Origin: an uncultured Verrucomicrobiae bacterium
Lineage (GTDB): Bacteria > Verrucomicrobiota > Verrucomicrobiia > Chthoniobacterales > JAFAMB01
Reading direction: 5' to 3'
DNA: 64,000 nucleotides
Assembly (NCBI GenBank): GCA_963837955.1
Contig: CAWIPH010000002.1
Location: forward strand, 2,880,001-2,944,000
In this document: positions 1 to 10,398 of the stretch, in pieces
How the letters are laid out: every line of letters starts with the position of its first letter
How positions within the stretch are numbered: the first letter of the stretch is position 1
Program-made: the position numbers and the translations under genes
The notes under the pieces: generated by a model
What the model saw: only the letters and a program-made list of their open reading frames with translations
Told to the model about the DNA's origin: nothing
The model's database searches: none

Positions 1-351
1 GTAGCGCAATTTCTTAGGAAGCAAGGCTGGTTGGTGCACCCGATCAAGCGGGCCGAACAGGCGTTCAAAATCTTGGCCTATATACCATATACACTTATTG
101 TTCTCGACTCTGAACTGCCCGGAATTTGTGGCATGGATTTCATTCGCATCCTAAACGATTCGAGAGAATGGCGAGCGATTCAGCTAGTCGTCATCACGAG
201 GACGCAGAGTGCAGATTTTGCGACCCAAGTCGCAGATTGCGGCGCATTTCTGGCCTTCGCATCAAGGTGGGAAGACGATCTTTCTAAACTCCTATCAGCT
301 TATAATGAGAATCTGACGAGAGAGGAATGCTTACAGTTAGCGAGGCTCTGA
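1..351 (+). CDS. Response-regulator receiver-domain protein (5' partial)
   Basis: Frame is open from base 1 (VAQFLRKQGWLV...). LIVLDSELPGICGMDFI matches the receiver D-x-x-(L/M)P-x-x-x-G motif. Confidence 0.7.
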   Translation, partial: VAQFLRKQGWLVHPIKRAEQAFKILAYIPYTLIVLDSELPGICGMDFIRILNDSREWRAIQLVVITRTQSADFATQVADCGAFLAFASRWEDDLSKLLSAYNENLTREECLQLARL

Positions 352-506
352 CTTCCGTGATCTCTTCTCGTAATCTCGTTGTTTCCGGTTAGCAGTCGTT
401 CCAATGCGTCTCGAAGAGTGAGCGCTCGGCGTGGAAATACGGGTTCGTGCCCGCCGTAGCCGTGTTGACTTAACGCTTAGCAAAATTCGCAGGGCGCTGC
501 CGGTAG

Positions 507-528
507 CTATTGCACCAAAGTGCAATAT
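507..528. promoter_or_regulatory. 22-bp palindromic operator, copy 1 (CTATTGCAC-CAAA-GTGCAATAT)
   Basis: Variant of the motif at 9133, 9567, 10260 and 12105 with symmetric G/C changes in both arms. Lies upstream of the FGE/sulfatase genes. Confidence 0.7.
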
Positions 529-575
529 ACAATTCAAAGCTGTCCACTGTTCATTACGCCTGCTGGGGATCGCCT

Positions 576-1784
576 ATGCATTTCTCGCGAATGAAAAGAC
601 GGAGCTTTGTTCGTGGCGCAACAGCCACGATTGCGAAACGTGCTCAATTGGCTCTGTTGCTTTGCGGAATTCTTGGGATCGCCTGGAAACTACTGGTTTC
701 AAGTGTAACGATGGCGAGTCCCAATGCCATCGGCTCCAATCCGGATGAGCCGTCCAGGGGTCAAACTCTAAGGAAGGTACCGCTCGGGATGGTCTGGATC
801 CCCGAAGGCACGTTTCTAATGGGAACCAATGACGAGGAGAGCGTTCCCAACGAGCGGCCTGCTCACTTCGTTCAGGTCCAGGGTTTTTGGATGGATGAGC
901 ACGATGTAACTAACGCGGAGTTCTCCAAGTTTGTTGAAGCGACCAGGTATATAACCACGGCGGAACATAAGATTGTTTGGGAGGACCTAAAGAAGGAGCT
1001 TCCGCCGGGCACGTCGAAGCCGGACGACAGCGCTCTAGATCCTGGAGCGTTGGTCTTTACTCCCACTTCTAGACCAGTCCCGCTCAACGATCTTTCGGTT
1101 TGGTGGCGTTGGGTGCACGGAGCGAACTGGCGGCACCCTGAAGGCCCGGCAAGTTCTATAGAGGGAAGAGAAAATCATCCAGTCGTTCAGGTCTCTTGGT
1201 TCGACGCGGTAGCCTACGCTCAATGGGCAGGTAAACGGCTACCCACGGAGGCTGAGTGGGAATTCGCTGCACGCGGCGGGCTGGAATCAAAGCGATACGT
1301 CTGGGGTGACGACTTCCAACCGGGTGGCAAACACATGGCGAACACCTGGCAAGGATTATTCCCGGTTCGAGACACTGGCGAAGACGGATTTGTTGGTACT
1401 TCGCCGGTGGGCTCCTTCCCGGCGAATGGGTACGGCTTGTACGACATGGCTGGAAACGTGTGGCAATGGTGCAGTGACTGGTATCGTGTCGATAGCCATA
1501 TCGAAGCCGCTAGCAAAAATGTCTGTCGCGACCCCCGTGGACCGGCGGAGAGTTATGATCCAGGCCATCCTTACTCTCCCAAGCGCGTCGTCAAAGGAGG
1601 TTCATTCCTTTGCAACCCCTCCTACTGCGAGAGTTATCGCCCCAGTGCGCGTCGAGGAACCCCACCCGACACCGGTTCGTCCCATACAGGCTTCCGCTGT
1701 GTGATCCCTGGTGACAACGCAATCCCTGGCGAGAACGCGCAAGTTAGCCGCTCGGTTGGAAGCAAACCTTCTCTCGCAAAATAA
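576..1784 (+). CDS. Formylglycine-generating enzyme (FGE/SUMF1 family, sulfatase maturase)
   Basis: RLPTEAEWEFAARGG, YDMAGNVWQW and the GGSFLCNPSYCESYR active-site CxxxxC motif. Start is uncertain (576 or 591); MKRRSFV resembles a twin-arginine motif. Confidence 0.9.
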   Translation: MHFSRMKRRSFVRGATATIAKRAQLALLLCGILGIAWKLLVSSVTMASPNAIGSNPDEPSRGQTLRKVPLGMVWIPEGTFLMGTNDEESVPNERPAHFVQVQGFWMDEHDVTNAEFSKFVEATRYITTAEHKIVWEDLKKELPPGTSKPDDSALDPGALVFTPTSRPVPLNDLSVWWRWVHGANWRHPEGPASSIEGRENHPVVQVSWFDAVAYAQWAGKRLPTEAEWEFAARGGLESKRYVWGDDFQPGGKHMANTWQGLFPVRDTGEDGFVGTSPVGSFPANGYGLYDMAGNVWQWCSDWYRVDSHIEAASKNVCRDPRGPAESYDPGHPYSPKRVVKGGSFLCNPSYCESYRPSARRGTPPDTGSSHTGFRCVIPGDNAIPGENAQVSRSVGSKPSLAK

Positions 1785-1833
1785 GCGGCTTCTTGCGCAA
1801 AGAATTCCGAAGAACTAACACCCCAAAAAACTA

Positions 1834-3501
1834 ATGAAATATAAACCAAAAGTAGTCAGTTACGGTCTGTCCGTTCTGACCTCTTCGGCTGCCATTATCT
1901 CGGCGGCCACGATTGCGCTCATCGGCGCAGCCGGACCACTGCAAGCGCAGGAAAAAAAGCCCAATATCGTCGTCATCATGGGTGACGACATCGGCATGTG
2001 GAACATCGGTGCCTATCACCGGGGCTTGATGGCCGGGAAGACGCCGAATCTCGACAAGCTCGCCAAAGAAGGCATGTTGTTCACCGACTACTACGCCGAG
2101 GCAAGCTGCACGGCGGGTCGCGCGAACTTCATCACCGGAGAGCTGCCGATCCGCACCGGCATGACCACGGTCGGCCAAGCCGGTGCGTCGGTAGGGTTGC
2201 CGGCCGAGGCTTGCACAATTGCCACCGCGCTTAAAGCGCAGGGCTACGCCACCGGCCAGTTCGGCAAGAATCACCTTGGCGATAAGAATGAGTTCCTGCC
2301 TACCGTCCACGGGTTCGATGAATTCTTCGGCTACCTCTATCACTTGGACGCGATGGAAGACCCGGCGCATCCCAACTACCCGCAAAATCTGTTGAACGTC
2401 GTCGGCCCGCGCAACATGGTCCATAGCTGGGCCACCGATACGGACGACGCCACCGAGATGCCGCGCTGGGGCAAGATCGGCAAACAGAAGATCGAGGACG
2501 CCGGCACGCTTTATCCCGAACGGATGAAAACCGTGGATAATGAGATTCGCGACCTCGCGTTGAATTTCATGGAAAAGGCCCAAAAGGACGGCAAGCCCTT
2601 CTTCTGCTGGCTCAATCCGACGCGCATGCACATTGTCACGCACCTCTCGGACAAGTATGAGAAAATGCGCAACTCAGAGAATGGCTGGTCGGAAGAAGAA
2701 GCCGGCATGGCCCAACTCGATGACGACGTCGGTTTGGTGATGCAGAAGCTCAAGGACATGGGCGTGGATGACAACACGATCGTCGTTTTCACCACAGACA
2801 ACGGCACCGAAGTCTTCACCTGGCCCGATGGCGGACAGACACCGTTCGCGCAGGCCAAAGGGACGGTCATGGAGGGCGGCTTCCGCGTGCCGTGCATCCT
2901 GCGCTGGCCCGGCCATGTGCCGGCGGACTCCGTTCAGAACGGCATCTTCTCTGGCATGGACTGGTTCCCCACCTTCCTCGATGCCGCTGGCAACCCGAAT
3001 ATCACCGACCAGTTGCTCAAGGGTGTGAAACTCGGCGACCGGACTTATAAGAACCACCTCGACGGCTACGACCAGATGGCCGCCATCACCGGCAAAGGCC
3101 CGTCCACACGTCATGAAATTTTCTACCTCGGCGAAAGCACCGTCGGCGCGGTGCGCATTGACGATTACAAGTTCCGCTTCATAGACCAACCCCAAGGCTG
3201 GCTTGGTGAGAAGACCAAACCTGACGTGCCTTACATCACCAACCTTCGCCTCGATCCGTTCGAGCGCACGGGCTGGCCAAACGAGGGGACGAAAGAAGGG
3301 GGGCAGCAATACTTCGATTGGTTCAAGTATCAATTCTGGCGCTTTGTGTTCGTCCAGCAGGTGATGGGCAAGGAACTCCAGACCTTCCTGGATTACCCGC
3401 CGATGCAAAGGGGCGCGAGCTTCAACCTCGATGCAGTGAAAGCGGAGATGGCGAAAAAGATGGAACAGGCGGAGGCGGCGAGCAAAGGCCCCAGCCAGTA
3501 A
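1834..3501 (+). CDS. Arylsulfatase (Cys-type formylglycine sulfatase), secreted
   Basis: KPNIVVIMGDDIG, SCTAGR (CxxxR), GKNHLG and FTTDNG motifs; N-terminal signal peptide; adjacent FGE gene. Confidence 0.93.
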   Translation: MKYKPKVVSYGLSVLTSSAAIISAATIALIGAAGPLQAQEKKPNIVVIMGDDIGMWNIGAYHRGLMAGKTPNLDKLAKEGMLFTDYYAEASCTAGRANFITGELPIRTGMTTVGQAGASVGLPAEACTIATALKAQGYATGQFGKNHLGDKNEFLPTVHGFDEFFGYLYHLDAMEDPAHPNYPQNLLNVVGPRNMVHSWATDTDDATEMPRWGKIGKQKIEDAGTLYPERMKTVDNEIRDLALNFMEKAQKDGKPFFCWLNPTRMHIVTHLSDKYEKMRNSENGWSEEEAGMAQLDDDVGLVMQKLKDMGVDDNTIVVFTTDNGTEVFTWPDGGQTPFAQAKGTVMEGGFRVPCILRWPGHVPADSVQNGIFSGMDWFPTFLDAAGNPNITDQLLKGVKLGDRTYKNHLDGYDQMAAITGKGPSTRHEIFYLGESTVGAVRIDDYKFRFIDQPQGWLGEKTKPDVPYITNLRLDPFERTGWPNEGTKEGGQQYFDWFKYQFWRFVFVQQVMGKELQTFLDYPPMQRGASFNLDAVKAEMAKKMEQAEAASKGPSQ

Positions 3502-3694
3502 CAGAAATGACCTTCACGGCGGGCGGGCTCGCCAGGGCCGCCCGCCGAACTGGAAAGGGAAAGCACAGGGCGGGGGCGGGCTACACCTTGGAAATTCGAC
3601 TTCGCTGCGGCGGGAAAAACCAGTCGAACCATTAATACCTAACTAGTGTGAATCAAACCCAGACCAGACACCTAACCACAAAAATGGGAAAGCC

Positions 3695-4105
3695 ATGAAA
3701 CACATATTCACCGGATTCAATCTTATCGGCGCCTTCACGCTTCTGGTGTTGGCACTGGGCTGCACCAGCATGCAGACGCAGAATAAAGAGAACCTTCTGA
3801 TCGCGGCAGGCTTCAAAGTCATCGTCCCCAGTACCGCCGCGCAGCAACAAAAACTCGGAGCACTTCCGGCTGGCAAAGTGACCTTGGTCCAGAAAGACGG
3901 GAAGACCTACTACGTTTTCCCGGACGCAGCTAACAACCAGGCTTACGTGGGTAGCCCAGAACAATATCAAGCTTACAAGCAGCTTCGTTTGGCGAATAAA
4001 TTGGCTAACGAAAACCTTGAAGCCGCGGAGATGAACCAGGATGCATCGATGAATTGGGACACGTGGCGCGGATGGGGTGGACCGGGATGGGTAGGAAGGA
4101 GATAG
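3695..4105 (+). CDS. Small lipoprotein, unknown function
   Basis: Signal peptide with LGC lipobox; 136-aa ORF with plausible composition. Confidence 0.75.
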   Translation: MKHIFTGFNLIGAFTLLVLALGCTSMQTQNKENLLIAAGFKVIVPSTAAQQQKLGALPAGKVTLVQKDGKTYYVFPDAANNQAYVGSPEQYQAYKQLRLANKLANENLEAAEMNQDASMNWDTWRGWGGPGWVGRR

Positions 4106-4173
4106 GATCGTCTTAAGCTAGAGGACGACAAGGGGGATCGCGACGACCCAACAACCACTATTCCTCTTATGGA

Positions 4174-4938
4174 GTGGCGATCATGAATTCCATCGCTGTC
4201 GGCTTGATCGTGTTCGCTTGCGTTTTTGGCGGTGCGCTGTTTGGGATGTTTCTCAGTGCCCGTCTGCCCGAGCATCATCTGAGTGGCGATTCGAAAGATA
4301 TTGTGAGATTGGGGATGGGGCTGATCGGGACGATGACTGCCCTGGTTCTTGGTCTACTAGTCGCGTCGGCCAAGAGTTTCTATGACTCCCAGAGTAGCGA
4401 ACTGACGGAGATGTCCGCCAAGATCGTCCTACTTGACCGGGTCCTGGCCCATTACGGGCCAGAGACGAAGGAAGTCCGTGATCTGTTGCATGGCGCCGTT
4501 GCCCGCACGCTCGATCGGCTTTGGCCGCAAGACCGTCGGCAACATCCCCAAGTGGAACCGACGGCAGCCGGGGGCGAAATTATCCTTGATAAAATTCAGG
4601 AATTATCGCCGAAGAACGATACTCAACGCTCGCTCCAAGCTCAGGCGTTAAATATGGCGATTGATCTCGGAAAAATGCGTTGACTGATGTTCGAACAGGG
4701 AAGCAGCTTCATTTCGATGCCATTGCTGGCGATGCTCGTTTTCTGGCTCGCCATTATTTTCAGCAGCTTCGGCCTCTTTGCTCCTCGCAATGCGACCGTT
4801 ATGACTACTTTATTCCTGTTCGCGCTATCGGCTGCAGCTGCGATTTTCTTGATCCTGGAGATGTACGCGCCTTTCCAGGGGCTGATTCAGATCTCCAGCG
4901 CTCCCCTACGCAACGCCCTTGCGCATCTCGGCCAGTAG
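4174..4938 (+). pseudogene. DUF4239/bestrophin-like membrane protein interrupted by an in-frame TGA (4681-4683)
   Basis: ORFs 4174-4683 and 4687-4938 are in one frame and read as one hydrophobic protein (ALVLGLLVASAKSFYD...KMR*LMFEQ...AIFLILEMYAPFQGLIQIS). Confidence 0.75.
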
Positions 4939-5086
4939 CGGGCCGGATGCTGAAGCTCTCTCAAAACATTGGACCGCTTTTATGTTAGTCATTCGCCAAG
5001 ATTCGAGAGGGAGTTAACTGAGGAAATCGCCAAAGCCCTCCACCCTGCCGCCGGAACTGCGTTCTTCGCAAGTCTTTGCGCCGCTC

Positions 5087-8000
5087 CTAAAAGTTAATCC
5101 CGGCTGTGATCTGCACTCCATGTAATGACATCTTATAGAGGAAATCGCCGGCGCTCTCGTCGCGGAACTCGTCATAGAGATACCGATAACCAACCTCAGA
5201 ATGGATATTACGAGTAAGTTGGCAGCCTAATGCGCCGTAAACCTGTACAGCGATGTCGGACCCAACGCCAAACCCGCCGACATCGCTTTCAGCAGTGAGA
5301 TAGAACGCCTTGTTCAGATTAAATCGCCCTCGTAAACCGACCAGCGGGTCAAACCAGTCATCGTAAAAAGAAAAGCTTCGGTTCAATTGGCCCGTTAGAC
5401 TGTTGGCAACCTGGCTCGCCAGTTGAGCTTTTAGCTGATTAACTCTGGCCTGAGCGCGAGTTCGAATCGCAGCTGTTAGCTCCGGCTGCCGACTTGCGAG
5501 CAGCTGTTGGATCAAATTCCGTATCGTATCCCGCTCGCCGCCGGCGACCGGGGCCACTGGCAATGTTGGATTACGCCCAAGGAGCGAGGTTAGCTTATCT
5601 ACGATGTTTTGTTGGACCAGAGTCCGCAGGTCGGAGCCAGGTGTGGACAGTTGCTGAGCGAATCGGTCCACCAACTGGGTGCTCGCCGCATCGATAGCGA
5701 GGTTATTGGCTTGCAAGCCGACCTGCTGGCCGAGATAGGTATATCTAAACCCGGCCAGCAGATCCAGCCAACCACAGGATCCTTCAATGACTCTCCAAGA
5801 ACCAAAGTATTCGCCGAGGAATTGTTGCAAGCCCAGATCTACCTTTGATACCAGACCTGTTCCGCTAGCACCGGCTTGACCGTTCAAATAGAGAAGGTCA
5901 CCGAATGCACCAAAACGCCCCCTTCTAACTTCGCCGCTGAACGAAAAAATAGCGTTGATATTTCGGAGAATTTGGTCGACCCGGACGTCGATGTTAGAGT
6001 TGATTCCGTGAAATCCGGTGGTGCCGGTGACGTTGGCTAGCCAGCCGGGGGCGCCAACAGTGATTTGCCAAGGTTCAGTCGTCTTCGCCGACGGTTGTTC
6101 CACTACCTTAGCCTCTGCTTGCTTACCAGCGGATTGTTTCGCCGATGGCTGTTCTACCACCTCTGCCTCTTTAGGTGCACCACCCCATTGCCACCGGACT
6201 CCGGCATTGACGGCCCACGGTTGTCGAATCTTGTCGCCGTTGGCGTAGTCGTACTCGCCGTAAAGGTAGACAGACTGATTTAATCTGGCTGCTAGTCCGG
6301 CTCCGGCCTCCACCCGAGTCCCGCTAACTGTTGGCTGAAAGGGGGTCTCATCTAGTGTGATACCGTCTCCAGTGAGGAACTCATGGACGGCCGAAACTTT
6401 CAAATACGGCTCGAACGTTATCCCGTTGCTGAGCGAAAAATGCATCCCTGCTCTCAAACCCAATCGCCCTCGCAGCGAAAACTGATCAGATCCGCCCACC
6501 ATCAAGCCGTTCGATGTGGTGTAATTGTTTCCAGCCAACCAAACTCCAGCCAGTTGCGCCTGCGGCTCTATAAAAAGTTTTCCGACATCAAAGCGTTTAC
6601 CCACTTCCAAGGAACCGCCTAGGGACGGAATGCTGTAATATACTGTGGAGAGGCTTCCATCAGATAAAGGCGTGTGAAAATAGTTCCAGAGCTGGGTGTA
6701 TTTGAGAACGAGATCGGCGTACCAGCCTTTAGGATCAATCCAAGTCGCATACGTCCCCACGCTGATAGCGTTAGTCGAACCCTCGCCCCCATCCAGAAAA
6801 TCGCGTGACGCATTGAAGTAGCTCAGAAAGCCGCCTAGATAGAGATCGCCTTGGAGCGCAGCAAATCGCTTGTCGGCACCCAGCTGAAAACCTCCCGTAT
6901 TTTGATCGTAGGGGCGGCTCACCTGGTCATTGATACGCACTCCGTTACCAAATCCACGAACCCATGTCCCAATCGTTGAATAAGTTTCCTCAGGATGCGC
7001 TGACAACACGGCTTTGCCGTTGGAGTCAACGGAAGCGCCGCCTCCGGGCAGAAGACGCAACTCACCGAGTCGCTGGATTAGCGTATCCATGTCCGCATAG
7101 AACAAAGGGACGCCTGCTGCATAGGTCCCAATCGCGGCGTTGGCTGCGTTCGAAAGAGCGTCAACAGGTGAAAACCCTACCGGCGTGTTAGCAGAGCCTA
7201 TAGGCAGGTTTGAAGGCCGGATAACTTGATCTCGCACAATCCGGTCTGCACGCACCAGATACCAATCGTCTGGAATCGGTGTAGCGCTGGAACCGTCACC
7301 ATGGACAACATAGTACTTGAAGACGGCACGATCGATCATTCCTGAAAATCCAGCGACACCGTCGGAGGTCTTCACCACCAGCAACGCTGCGTTCGCTCGA
7401 AGATCCGAACCGGCTCCCCGGTCGAAAAAGCTAAGCAGATGCGAACCTGCGCTTGTGCCGGTGATATCGATGAGATCGCCAACCTCACGCTTGAGGTCGA
7501 TGTTCATGCCGAAGGTACCGCCCGTGCCAGACAATCTTCCGAGAGTCAGCGTCCTGCGAAGATCGATGAACGGTGCGCGGAACAGAATGTCAGCTCCAGG
7601 GCTGACGCTCAACGATTTGAGGTTGGAGTTTCCGGTCAAGACCCATTGGCTGCTGCCGTCGATCCTCAGGTCGACGCCCATACCGAGCGGCCGCGGATTC
7701 ACTTTGCCGGTCAGCACGCTGCTATCAGTAAGATTGAATGCTGTTTTACTCGCCGGGTCAGCGAAGATATCACCGAACAGGCTGGCATGGCTGGCGTTGA
7801 AGTTAACTATCGTTGGTGACGTAGGATCAAGAACGCGTAATAGTGCGCTATTACCCGTGACGGTCGCGCCGTTCCTGACAGTGATATTTGCAGCTCCGTT
7901 CTGCACCTGAAAGGCGTCACCAAATACCGTGATGAGATTCCCTCCACTGATGACAATTGAATTGGGTGTATTCGCGGTACCGCGCGTAGCTACAATGCCA

Positions 8001-9073
8001 TGGACAAGCGCCGTCAGATTTGATCCGGCGAAAGTGAGGCTCGCACCATTGTCAACGGACGCTCCGCTGCCTTTTGAACTTAGCACGTCGCTGTTGGTAA
8101 AGGCTATACTGCTGCCGGCACCGGAGGCAAACGCGCCGTACGCACTTAAGCCGGCCGTTGTAACTGAGCCGCCGTTCAACTGAATCGAGCCACCATTATC
8201 GGCTTCCGCACCGGCCGCTCCCAGACCCGATGTTGCAATGGTCAGATTTGTTCCAAATATCTTGCCGTTGGCACCAAACACGTGCAGACCATCCGCGTTA
8301 ACGCCGCTGGTTCTGACGCTGGAATTCTGCAGATCGATTGTCCCACCCAACGCTGCCGCTCCGTCCGCATTGAATCCGGCCGGCGACAGGAGGCCCGAGG
8401 TCGTGATCGTGATTCCGTTGGCCGTTACCGTTCCGCCGGTCAAAGCGAAAATGCCGAAACCGCCGCTTCCTGAAGTCGCAATTGTGGTGTTGGAATTTAT
8501 CTCCACTAAGCCAGTTCCGCGCGCTTCGACCCCGTGGGAATCAACTCCCTTCATGGAGATGGTTAACGCGCCCTTTGCGCTGACGGTACCGTTGTCAGCG
8601 AATAGGCCAAAGCTATTGTTGCCCACGATTTCGATCTTACCGCCGTCGAGGATCACCGAGCCGCCGTCAATGCCGCTCGCAGCCGATATTCCGGTCTGCC
8701 CCAGCCCTAATCCTGCTATGCTCAGGTTCTCTGCTGTGATCCGGCTTCCAATGCCCTGCGCCTGTAGCCCGGTTAAACCTCCCGTGGGGAGAATCGCGAT
8801 CAGATCGTTGACCGATAAGATGGTCCCACCCCGGATGGCGAGCATTACCGGTTGAGCGGTGCTTGTCGAATAAATCTTGCTAATGGAAATTAGGTTCTGA
8901 CTCGGGCCATCCGCCTGCAGAACGTTGTCCCCTCGAACTGCACCCAGCTCTCCAACCATAAAAAAAATCGCGATCAGAATCAGCGCGGACGATGCGCGGC
9001 GGTGCATGCCATGCTTCGTACTATTTTCCATTACCGACTGGCTCCACGCGCTTAACATACGGCGAAGATGCAT
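5087..9073 (-). CDS. Pertactin-like autotransporter with an additional C-terminal outer-membrane barrel-like domain
   Basis: Gly/Thr/Ser-rich beta-helix repeats, an autochaperone-like region and an autotransporter barrel (TWVRGFG...NAGVRWQW), then a linker and a second beta-rich domain ending in F. Confidence 0.85.
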   Translation of the reverse strand: MHLRRMLSAWSQSVMENSTKHGMHRRASSALILIAIFFMVGELGAVRGDNVLQADGPSQNLISISKIYSTSTAQPVMLAIRGGTILSVNDLIAILPTGGLTGLQAQGIGSRITAENLSIAGLGLGQTGISAASGIDGGSVILDGGKIEIVGNNSFGLFADNGTVSAKGALTISMKGVDSHGVEARGTGLVEINSNTTIATSGSGGFGIFALTGGTVTANGITITTSGLLSPAGFNADGAAALGGTIDLQNSSVRTSGVNADGLHVFGANGKIFGTNLTIATSGLGAAGAEADNGGSIQLNGGSVTTAGLSAYGAFASGAGSSIAFTNSDVLSSKGSGASVDNGASLTFAGSNLTALVHGIVATRGTANTPNSIVISGGNLITVFGDAFQVQNGAANITVRNGATVTGNSALLRVLDPTSPTIVNFNASHASLFGDIFADPASKTAFNLTDSSVLTGKVNPRPLGMGVDLRIDGSSQWVLTGNSNLKSLSVSPGADILFRAPFIDLRRTLTLGRLSGTGGTFGMNIDLKREVGDLIDITGTSAGSHLLSFFDRGAGSDLRANAALLVVKTSDGVAGFSGMIDRAVFKYYVVHGDGSSATPIPDDWYLVRADRIVRDQVIRPSNLPIGSANTPVGFSPVDALSNAANAAIGTYAAGVPLFYADMDTLIQRLGELRLLPGGGASVDSNGKAVLSAHPEETYSTIGTWVRGFGNGVRINDQVSRPYDQNTGGFQLGADKRFAALQGDLYLGGFLSYFNASRDFLDGGEGSTNAISVGTYATWIDPKGWYADLVLKYTQLWNYFHTPLSDGSLSTVYYSIPSLGGSLEVGKRFDVGKLFIEPQAQLAGVWLAGNNYTTSNGLMVGGSDQFSLRGRLGLRAGMHFSLSNGITFEPYLKVSAVHEFLTGDGITLDETPFQPTVSGTRVEAGAGLAARLNQSVYLYGEYDYANGDKIRQPWAVNAGVRWQWGGAPKEAEVVEQPSAKQSAGKQAEAKVVEQPSAKTTEPWQITVGAPGWLANVTGTTGFHGINSNIDVRVDQILRNINAIFSFSGEVRRGRFGAFGDLLYLNGQAGASGTGLVSKVDLGLQQFLGEYFGSWRVIEGSCGWLDLLAGFRYTYLGQQVGLQANNLAIDAASTQLVDRFAQQLSTPGSDLRTLVQQNIVDKLTSLLGRNPTLPVAPVAGGERDTIRNLIQQLLASRQPELTAAIRTRAQARVNQLKAQLASQVANSLTGQLNRSFSFYDDWFDPLVGLRGRFNLNKAFYLTAESDVGGFGVGSDIAVQVYGALGCQLTRNIHSEVGYRYLYDEFRDESAGDFLYKMSLHGVQITAGINF

Positions 9074-9132
9074 ACTCGGACCTCAAAAGGGGGCAGATCG
9101 GGTTGGATACTAAACTTTTCCGACAGGAATTT

Positions 9133-9154
9133 CTATTGGACCAAAGTCCAATAG
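9133..9154. promoter_or_regulatory. 22-bp palindromic operator, copy 2 (CTATTGGAC-CAAA-GTCCAATAG)
   Basis: Perfect 9-bp arms, about 60 bp upstream of the autotransporter. A minus-strand TAGTAT -10-like hexamer lies 20 nt downstream. Confidence 0.8.
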
Positions 9155-9566
9155 CCCAGAGCGCAGACTTAAACGACGACTGAGAACGGAGCTGTGCCTC
9201 CTTTAACAGGGCAAACAGCCATTGGGGGCTTTCTCGTCAGTTATTTTCCGAAAAGTTGAGTCCGCTACGCGCCCTCGAATCCGGGAGCTGCAGCACGCAC
9301 CAAGCTCAATGGCTAACACACGTGCGATAAAACTGGTAGCCATTTTTGCCAACCTGGTTGCCAAGGAAAGCGCTTCTGTTCGCGGCGCTAACTCTGATGG
9401 ACATCGTCATCTCTAGATCAGGAGCGCTCATAACGGTGGGACGAGAGACGGATTTCTATCTAGTTACAGGCCGAAATCGCGCATCGAAACGCTGAGCCGG
9501 ACATCTCCGGTATTGTACTTTCCAAACCGCCCGACTAACCAAACCGTGGTGGACAGAGGTAGGCCC

Positions 9567-9588
9567 CTATTGGACTAAGGTCCAATAG
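9567..9588. promoter_or_regulatory. 22-bp palindromic operator, copy 3 (CTATTGGAC-TAAG-GTCCAATAG)
   Basis: Perfect arms; TACAAT at 9609-9614, 20 nt downstream. Confidence 0.8.
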
Positions 9589-9765
9589 GAAGATCCGTTC
9601 CGGTTTGATACAATATTTGCTTCGAGGAGAAAATAAGAAAGCGTATGAAAAGCGTGCTGTTAACAACTGTTTTGGCTTCGCCAGTTGTTCCTTTTCTTTC
9701 GTCCATTTTGCTGAGTGGCGCAGTTGTCGCTGCAAACGCTGACCGATTGGCAGCTTCGCTTTCAG

Positions 9766-10101
9766 ATGAGTTTCTTTTCCCGAAATAAAGACTCAGAAAC
9801 ACTACCTGTGAGAATACCCCGGCTCGCATTTCTAATCGGAGTGACTGTTTCTCTGGGAGCGTGTACCCAGGGACAGGTCCCGCCGATCGAGCGGCCAGCG
9901 ATCTATCACCCCAACCCTGCCATCGTCCGAAAAGTCCAGATCGCTTTGCGGAATCGGCGGTACTACGCTGGCGTTGTCGATGGGTATCTCGGCCAAAATA
10001 CGGGGATCGCAATACAGATGTTCCAGATCGATCACTCCCAAAGGGTGAAAGCGATTATCGACCGAACGCTTCTGATCTCGCTTGGCATAGCGAGCGATTA
10101 G
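9766..10101 (+). CDS. Peptidoglycan-binding-domain lipoprotein
   Basis: LGAC lipobox; VRKVQIALRNRRYYAGVVDGYLGQNTGIAIQMFQ fits PG_binding_1. Start uncertain. Confidence 0.75.
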   Translation: MSFFSRNKDSETLPVRIPRLAFLIGVTVSLGACTQGQVPPIERPAIYHPNPAIVRKVQIALRNRRYYAGVVDGYLGQNTGIAIQMFQIDHSQRVKAIIDRTLLISLGIASD

Positions 10102-10259
10102 CAATAGGCACGCAAACCTGTCTTGAAAGAATGAGAACCCTCTGAGCCCGGTCACATCTGAAATCTTCGATACAGCATATATCTGTGCGTTGACTATTTA
10201 GATTCGAGCCCTTTCCTCATGTCCTGTCTAACCGCTAGGACAGAGGCCGCGAATCTGAG

Positions 10260-10281
10260 GTGTTAGACTAAAGTCCAATAG
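10260..10281. promoter_or_regulatory. 22-bp palindromic operator, copy 4 (GTGTTAGAC-TAAA-GTCCAATAG)
   Basis: Right arm identical to the consensus, left arm degenerate; TAGGAT at 10303-10308, 21 nt downstream. Confidence 0.7.
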
Positions 10282-10398
10282 ACGTCGCGTCGTGTTGAGC
10301 ACTAGGATCCCAAGCGCGATGGCCGACACTCAATTTCTCAGCGCATGCATATTGTCTGAGCCGTGAGAGTAACCCCGGAGAACTAGCATCGCTGTCGT

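Noticed and set aside
1831..3408. Long antisense ORFs opposite the sulfatase, and similar shadow ORFs opposite other genes
   Set aside because: Expected by-product of high GC3 codon bias; no recognisable motifs.
4681..4683. TGA recoding (genetic code 4 or selenocysteine)
   Set aside because: TGA is a normal stop elsewhere in the window (17056-17058, 47388-47390), and the site appears to be a Trp, not a Cys, position.
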